From Eledone cirrhosa (lineage: Eukaryota): 64,000 bases of DNA. Below, piece by piece: positions 59,840 through 64,000 of the stretch. The translations under genes and the position numbers were made by a program. The notes under the pieces were generated by a model, which was given only the letters and a program-made list of their open reading frames with translations, was not told where the DNA came from and searched no databases. Numbering within the stretch: position 1 is the first letter of the stretch; every line of letters begins with the position of its first letter. Where the stretch lies: NCBI GenBank assembly GCA_964016885.1, contig OZ024742.1, forward strand, positions 235,104,001 to 235,168,000, in the 5' to 3' direction.

Positions 59840-60105
59840 GCATGTGACCTAGTAGTTAGAGTGCTGGACTAACAATTATAATGACGTGTTCAATTCATGG
59901 ACTGAGTGGCATGCTGTATTCTTAAACAGAACATTTCATTTCATGGAGTTTCAGTCAACACAGCTGAGTACCAGCAGCAGCTGGAGATTAGACTTCCTAT
60001 GGATTGGTATCCTGTCCAAGAGGGGATCTTGTCCTGTCAGTCACTTAACTCCAATGAAACCTAGATAAGCTCTAGCCTGATGAACCTCCAGGCTTGGGAC
60101 AAGTT
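59840..60105 (+). mobile_element. Decayed tRNA-SINE with V-domain-like core (opposite-strand relative at ~59230-59470)
   Basis: tRNA-like head, then cagtcaacacagctgagtacc and atggattggtatcctgtccaagaggg. Confidence 0.5.
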
Positions 60106-60470
60106 TTAAATAACTCATCATCATTTAACGTCTGTTTTCCCTGCTAGTAATGGTTGGACAGGTTGACACAGACCAAGTTAATACATAATTGGAGCTGGCT
60201 AGTGGCCACATAACACATGTTCCTGCACTTTTCAGGGTGCACTGGATACATTTTATTGTGGCACTTGTACTAGGGAAGTTTTCATGTCTTTGACAGAACT
60301 GAAGAGTCCTCTTGACTCTAATTTGGCTAGTTTTCTATGGTTGAATGCCCTTCCTATCACCAATCACTTGACAGAGTATACTGGTTGCATTTTATCAGGT
60401 CACCAACACTAGAAAGATTGTTGTGCCCGAGTCTTCTCAACCCTTTTTTGGAATAACTACAGATACATAC

Positions 60471-60667
60471 CACATATGACTTCTTTAACAAGCCCAGCAG
60501 CACCATGTGCCCCCTGCACTAAGGCACGAGACCAACTAGCAAGGTCTCTCTGTGTTTCAACTCGAAAGATGTGTGTGTCAATGCCCTGTCGTGTTCCTGA
60601 ACGCGTTCCAAATGTGAGTATATCAGAATCAGTGGTTGGATTATACTGCCGACCAGAATGGACAAGT
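60471..60667 (-). CDS. SNTB1: Syntrophin exon (PH2 domain C-half)
   Basis: ttcag|..LVHSGRQ..FGTRSGTRQGIDTHIFRVETQRDLASWSRALVQGAHGAA..EVIC|gtatgt; 197 nt, phase 2 to 1. Confidence 0.95.
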
Positions 60668-61418
60668 CTGAAAGAAAAGGAACTTAATACAATCACAAAG
60701 AACAATAATACCTATTCATTAATTTATTATTATTATTTTTTTCTTTGTAGATAAAAATAAAAAATAGCTTAAAACATGATCTGCTTTTAGCAAATATATT
60801 GCTGGATCTCTGTCAATTACAATGGGGAGTATCGCAGTTGTTTGACCAGCATCCTGCTTGGGAAATTAACATGCAAGTGTCTGACCATTCCACAGATACA
60901 TATACACTTAATGTAGTTCTCAGGGAGATTCAGTGTGAAACTGTGTGTCATAAGGCTGGCTTTGAATTACAGGTACAACTAATTTTTTCCAGCTGAAAGC
61001 AATGTGGAATAAAATGTTTTGCTCAAGGACACAATGCACAGCCAAGAATCAAACTCATGACCTTATGATCGCAAGCCATACACCTTAACCACTAAATTAC
61101 ATACCTTTCCATAACAAATGTAATCTAAACAAAAATTATCAGGCAAAACTTTAAAAAGAATTATCGCACTGACTTAACTCTTAACATCCTGTAATGATTT
61201 AGCAGAAAATATCAAAAACAGGTTTTTAATTCAAATATTTATAGTTGATTTATTAGTGGACAGATCGTTGTACAAATTTGCAATATCAGAATAAAGACTA
61301 GCTTTTAATGTGATGCAGTCATCATGCTATTTTATACTTTTCAAAAATGCCTTGCTAATGCAGTTTCATGAAGTACAGGAAATTGAAAGTTAAATAATGG
61401 TGATTAGATGAAGTTTAC

Positions 61419-61561
61419 CTGGTGGCAAGTAAAGAGTGACTCTGAAATGGTGTTGCCCATTCTTCTTTACTCCAAGGAGAGGTATCATAGAGTAGCATAT
61501 CTTGGTCAGTCAAAGCAACAAAGACAGGTTTCCAAGTAGCAGCACCCTGATCGTTCAAAAG
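61419..61561 (-). CDS. SNTB1: Syntrophin exon (PH2 domain N-half); upstream exons lie beyond the window
   Basis: ctttag|LLNDQGAATWKPVFVALTDQDMLLYDTSPWSKEEWATPFQSHSLLAT AG|gtaaac; 143 nt, phase 0 to 2. Not in the supplied ORF track. Confidence 0.93.
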
Positions 61562-62974
61562 CTAAAGCAAACAAGAAATTAAAATAAAATCTGCAATTCA
61601 AAACAGTTTCCTTATTTGATAACCAAATATGTCCCTCTATCAAGGTAATTCAACACTTACAAATTATTCTATATTAAATAAAATAAATGGTTTAAAAACA
61701 TTACAAAATGGAAGTTTAGCTCTTTTGAGAGCAAACTGCCTGAAATTGCTGCTGGTTTATGATAAAAAACCATTTATCTAAAAACATCCCATCATGTAAA
61801 AACCTTTAAGTTATGCTTCAAACACCAGCTTAATAATGTAAAAGTTGATTACGTAACTAAATTCCTCCAAATTCTTGAATATTTTCAAAATTAATTGAAA
61901 AATATAAGCAGTCTTTAAATAGAAATGTAGTAATGAAAGGATTAGAGTATCAAAATTGGTTAACACTTTTATTACCACATTCCCAATAAAAATAGCTGTA
62001 TTTGAAATAATTAATAAAGAATTTGGATGGATTTACAAAAATTATTTCATTATTAAGCGGTGGATTGGCAGTATCAGTAGACGGTCGGACGCCATGCTTT
62101 GCAGCAAAGAGTTACGGCCCTTTATGGTCTGAGTTCAAATCCTGTCGAGGTGAACTTTGCCTTTCATCCTTACGGGGTTGATAAAATAAAGTACCACTAA
62201 TGCACTGGAGTAATTGCTGGCCTTGTGCCAAAAGTAGAAATAATTATTAAGATGGCATTTATGATATAACACTTAACAAAAGATTCTTATTAACCCTTTT
62301 GATACCAAACTACACTGGATTTATGACACAAAATTACTCATTTGTTAAATCAATCAAGTTCCTGCAACTGTTGCAGCCAGTGATTAGGATTCCTCTCTAA
62401 ATGTTTGACTGTGTAACCATTCTGTGGACCTTAGAAATGTTTGGCAATGCCTACCTCCTCTCCTAGTGTCCAGTCCCTCACTAAGTTTAGCTTGCCAGCA
62501 GAATTAGTTACTGGGATATGGTTGAAAAATTTCCCGGAGCCATAAGTGAGAGCAAGATGAAAACCAGTGTACCCATCTGTCCATAAGGATGCCACTGCCA
62601 GACATGAAGGTATTCTCTCTATATGAAAACTCTGGTTTTGAGATAATGTTTCTTTAAATCATAGATAACAGTACATCTGTTATTGTGTTTCTTCACATCC
62701 ACATCAAATCATTCTATTTTAAAAGGAACATTAGATAATGTTATGCTTCATCTTGAAATATTTCATTAAATCATTTCACCCTAGTTTCAAGAGACAGTAG
62801 GTAATGGTACATCTGGTTTTGAAATAATAATTCTTAAAATGTTTATACTTATTTTAAAACTTCTATCATAATTTCATTTTTAACAATTTTATGTATAAGC
62901 TTATTAATCATAAAGTTATTTTAAATTCCTTCAAATTTTAAATTGTTTTCAAAATTATTTCAAAAATATAATTA

Positions 62975-64000
62975 ATGTATTTAATTAAACTTAGACTTGT
63001 ACTAAATAGAGCAACCATGACAATTATATCTGCATATGCACCTCAATCTGGACTGCCCGACATAATAAAAGACAGCTTCTATGAATCTCTAATGCACACT
63101 ACTTCCCAAATATTGACAGTGACTTCATTATCATTGCAGGCAACTTTAATGGGCATATCGACAACAATGCAATGGCTTTGACAGGATCCACGGGGGTTAT
63201 GGGTTTTGTGCCAGAAATGAGGAAGGTTTCAAGCTCCTAGAATTCTGCAACTCTAATAACCTATTTATCTGTTAAACAAACTTCAAAAAATGAGACAACT
63301 ACTTGATCGCCTATAGATCTGGTGAGCATGCCAGCCAGATAGATTTTATCCTTACCAGAAGACAAGACAAAGTGACGGTTGTAAACACAAAGTGAAGAAT
63401 GCACCTCCCAACATATCCTAGTAGTTAGCAATATTATATTTAGGGTTAGAAGAACTCAGTGACAGAAGACAACCTGGAGGAGAAGAATATAGAAGTTAAA
63501 AGACCCATCAGCCAATATCAAATTCAGAGGTATGTTGCTTGATGCTTTCAACAGTAAGGAAGATCAAATAGAGATATACAATATAGAGGAGCAGTGGGAG
63601 TTCCTGAAAGATAACCTTGAAGGTGACAAACAAAATCTGTGGTTGGAGTAGGTCTCTGGGGGGGAAGGAGAGTGAGTTGGTGATGGAATAGTAGGGTAGA
63701 TGAGACAATTAAGGCCAAAAAACAGGCATAGAAAGAATAACAGAATGGAGAAAGTAGAGAATTCCACTAGAATGCGAGGCGACAAGTATACTTTGCAAGA
63801 AGGGAAGCAGAAAATAAAAATTTTAAGCATGTTTTGCAGCATGAGGACCAAAAGCGTGGTGTTCAGAATTACAATGCAGTGTGTCAGGGAAAATTGTGAT
63901 GATGGGGAGAAGTGTGCCTGAAATGATTATGGCGTACTTGCCCTCACTGACGCTGAAAAGAATGTAAGCATGGAAGTGCCACTATAAAAGATTACTGAAT
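62975..64000 (+). mobile_element. Decayed RTE LINE (APE region), same family as 1-1180, intronic
   Basis: IKLRLVLNR..IISAYAPQSGLPD and YRSGEHASQID, with many frameshifts. Confidence 0.88.

Overview
This is repeat-saturated, AT-rich animal genomic DNA, most likely from an octopus or other coleoid cephalopod. That assignment is inferred from the huge (TA)n/(TACA)n arrays, RTE LINEs with (ATG)n tails and the tRNA-SINE types present. The only host gene is the 3' end of an alpha/beta-type syntrophin: four spliced exons on the minus strand, 55744-61561. The rest is mobile DNA. Positions 1.2-16.4 kb hold a dense nest of Penelope-like retroelements (PLEs), including one intact 709-aa RT + GIY-YIG element. 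There are also RTE, CR1 and BovB-like LINEs, a Helitron remnant interrupted by a Gypsy element, a Tigger/pogo and a Tc1/mariner transposon, and SINEs. The most interesting signals are RNA structures in the PLE ends. (1) At least four families of type I hammerhead ribozymes, two with non-canonical catalytic cores (U3-A8 covariant; A4 with a U-U stem II closure). (2) A small bulged hairpin (RCTC-stem-loop-2 nt bulge-GAGY) that recurs with compensatory changes in about six unrelated PLE families, just downstream of the ribozyme. (3) PLE insertion ends that repeatedly stop at about the same N-terminal codon of the ORF and run into (TA)n. The many YIYIYI ORFs are microsatellite artefacts. All structures were folded by eye and no searches were run.
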